Below are positions 63,876-64,000 of a DNA stretch of 64,000 nt, one piece after another. Position 1 is the stretch's first letter. Each line of letters starts with the position of its first letter. The stretch is taken from positions 60,824 through 124,823 of the forward strand of contig JAUCBJ010001297.1 in the NCBI GenBank assembly GCA_032718475.1, written 5' to 3'. Below the pieces are notes generated by a model. That model ran no database searches. It saw only the letters and a list, made by a program, of their open reading frames with translations, and was not told the DNA's origin. A program made the translations under genes and the position numbers. Source of the stretch: Nemertoderma westbladi (taxonomy: Eukaryota > Animalia > Xenacoelomorpha).

Positions 63876-64000
63876 AAGGTGTACTAAATAACAGGTCATG
63901 CAGCGAGAATTGGCCTCCAATTATTGGAGGCTGAACATTTTTATTAAAGTGGGAGGGTGTACCTACGATTTTAAATCACACAAGATTAATAAAATTACCC

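Overview
Eukaryotic (probably invertebrate; the species cannot be determined from sequence) transposon nest with no recognisable host gene. It is dominated by three copies of one BEL/Pao LTR-retrotransposon family: A (+, 1374-15162, TSD GTTCG), B (+, 31657-50380) and C (-, 51056-~63875, 5' end missing). Also present are two head-to-head copies of a second BEL/Pao family (D on -, 1-22391, interrupted by A; D' on +, 24673-~31526), a young Ty3/Gypsy Mag-type element inserted in B's RT (37775-42763), CR1/L2-type LINE fragments, a probable solo LTR and a TA-target MITE. Two features of family A/B/C stand out. (1) Where an env gene would sit, it has an ~850-aa extra ORF with a DEDDy-like (WRN/EXD/Mut-7/Egalitarian-type) 3'-5' exonuclease domain and three CCHC zinc knuckles, conserved in all three copies. 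(2) In the two copies whose 5' end is present, no TGG tRNA primer-binding site follows the LTR; instead the 9-10 nt right after the 5' LTR are complementary to a segment inside the LTR, with compensatory changes between A and B, which suggests self-primed reverse transcription. All domain calls are by-eye motif recognition; no searches or alignments were run.
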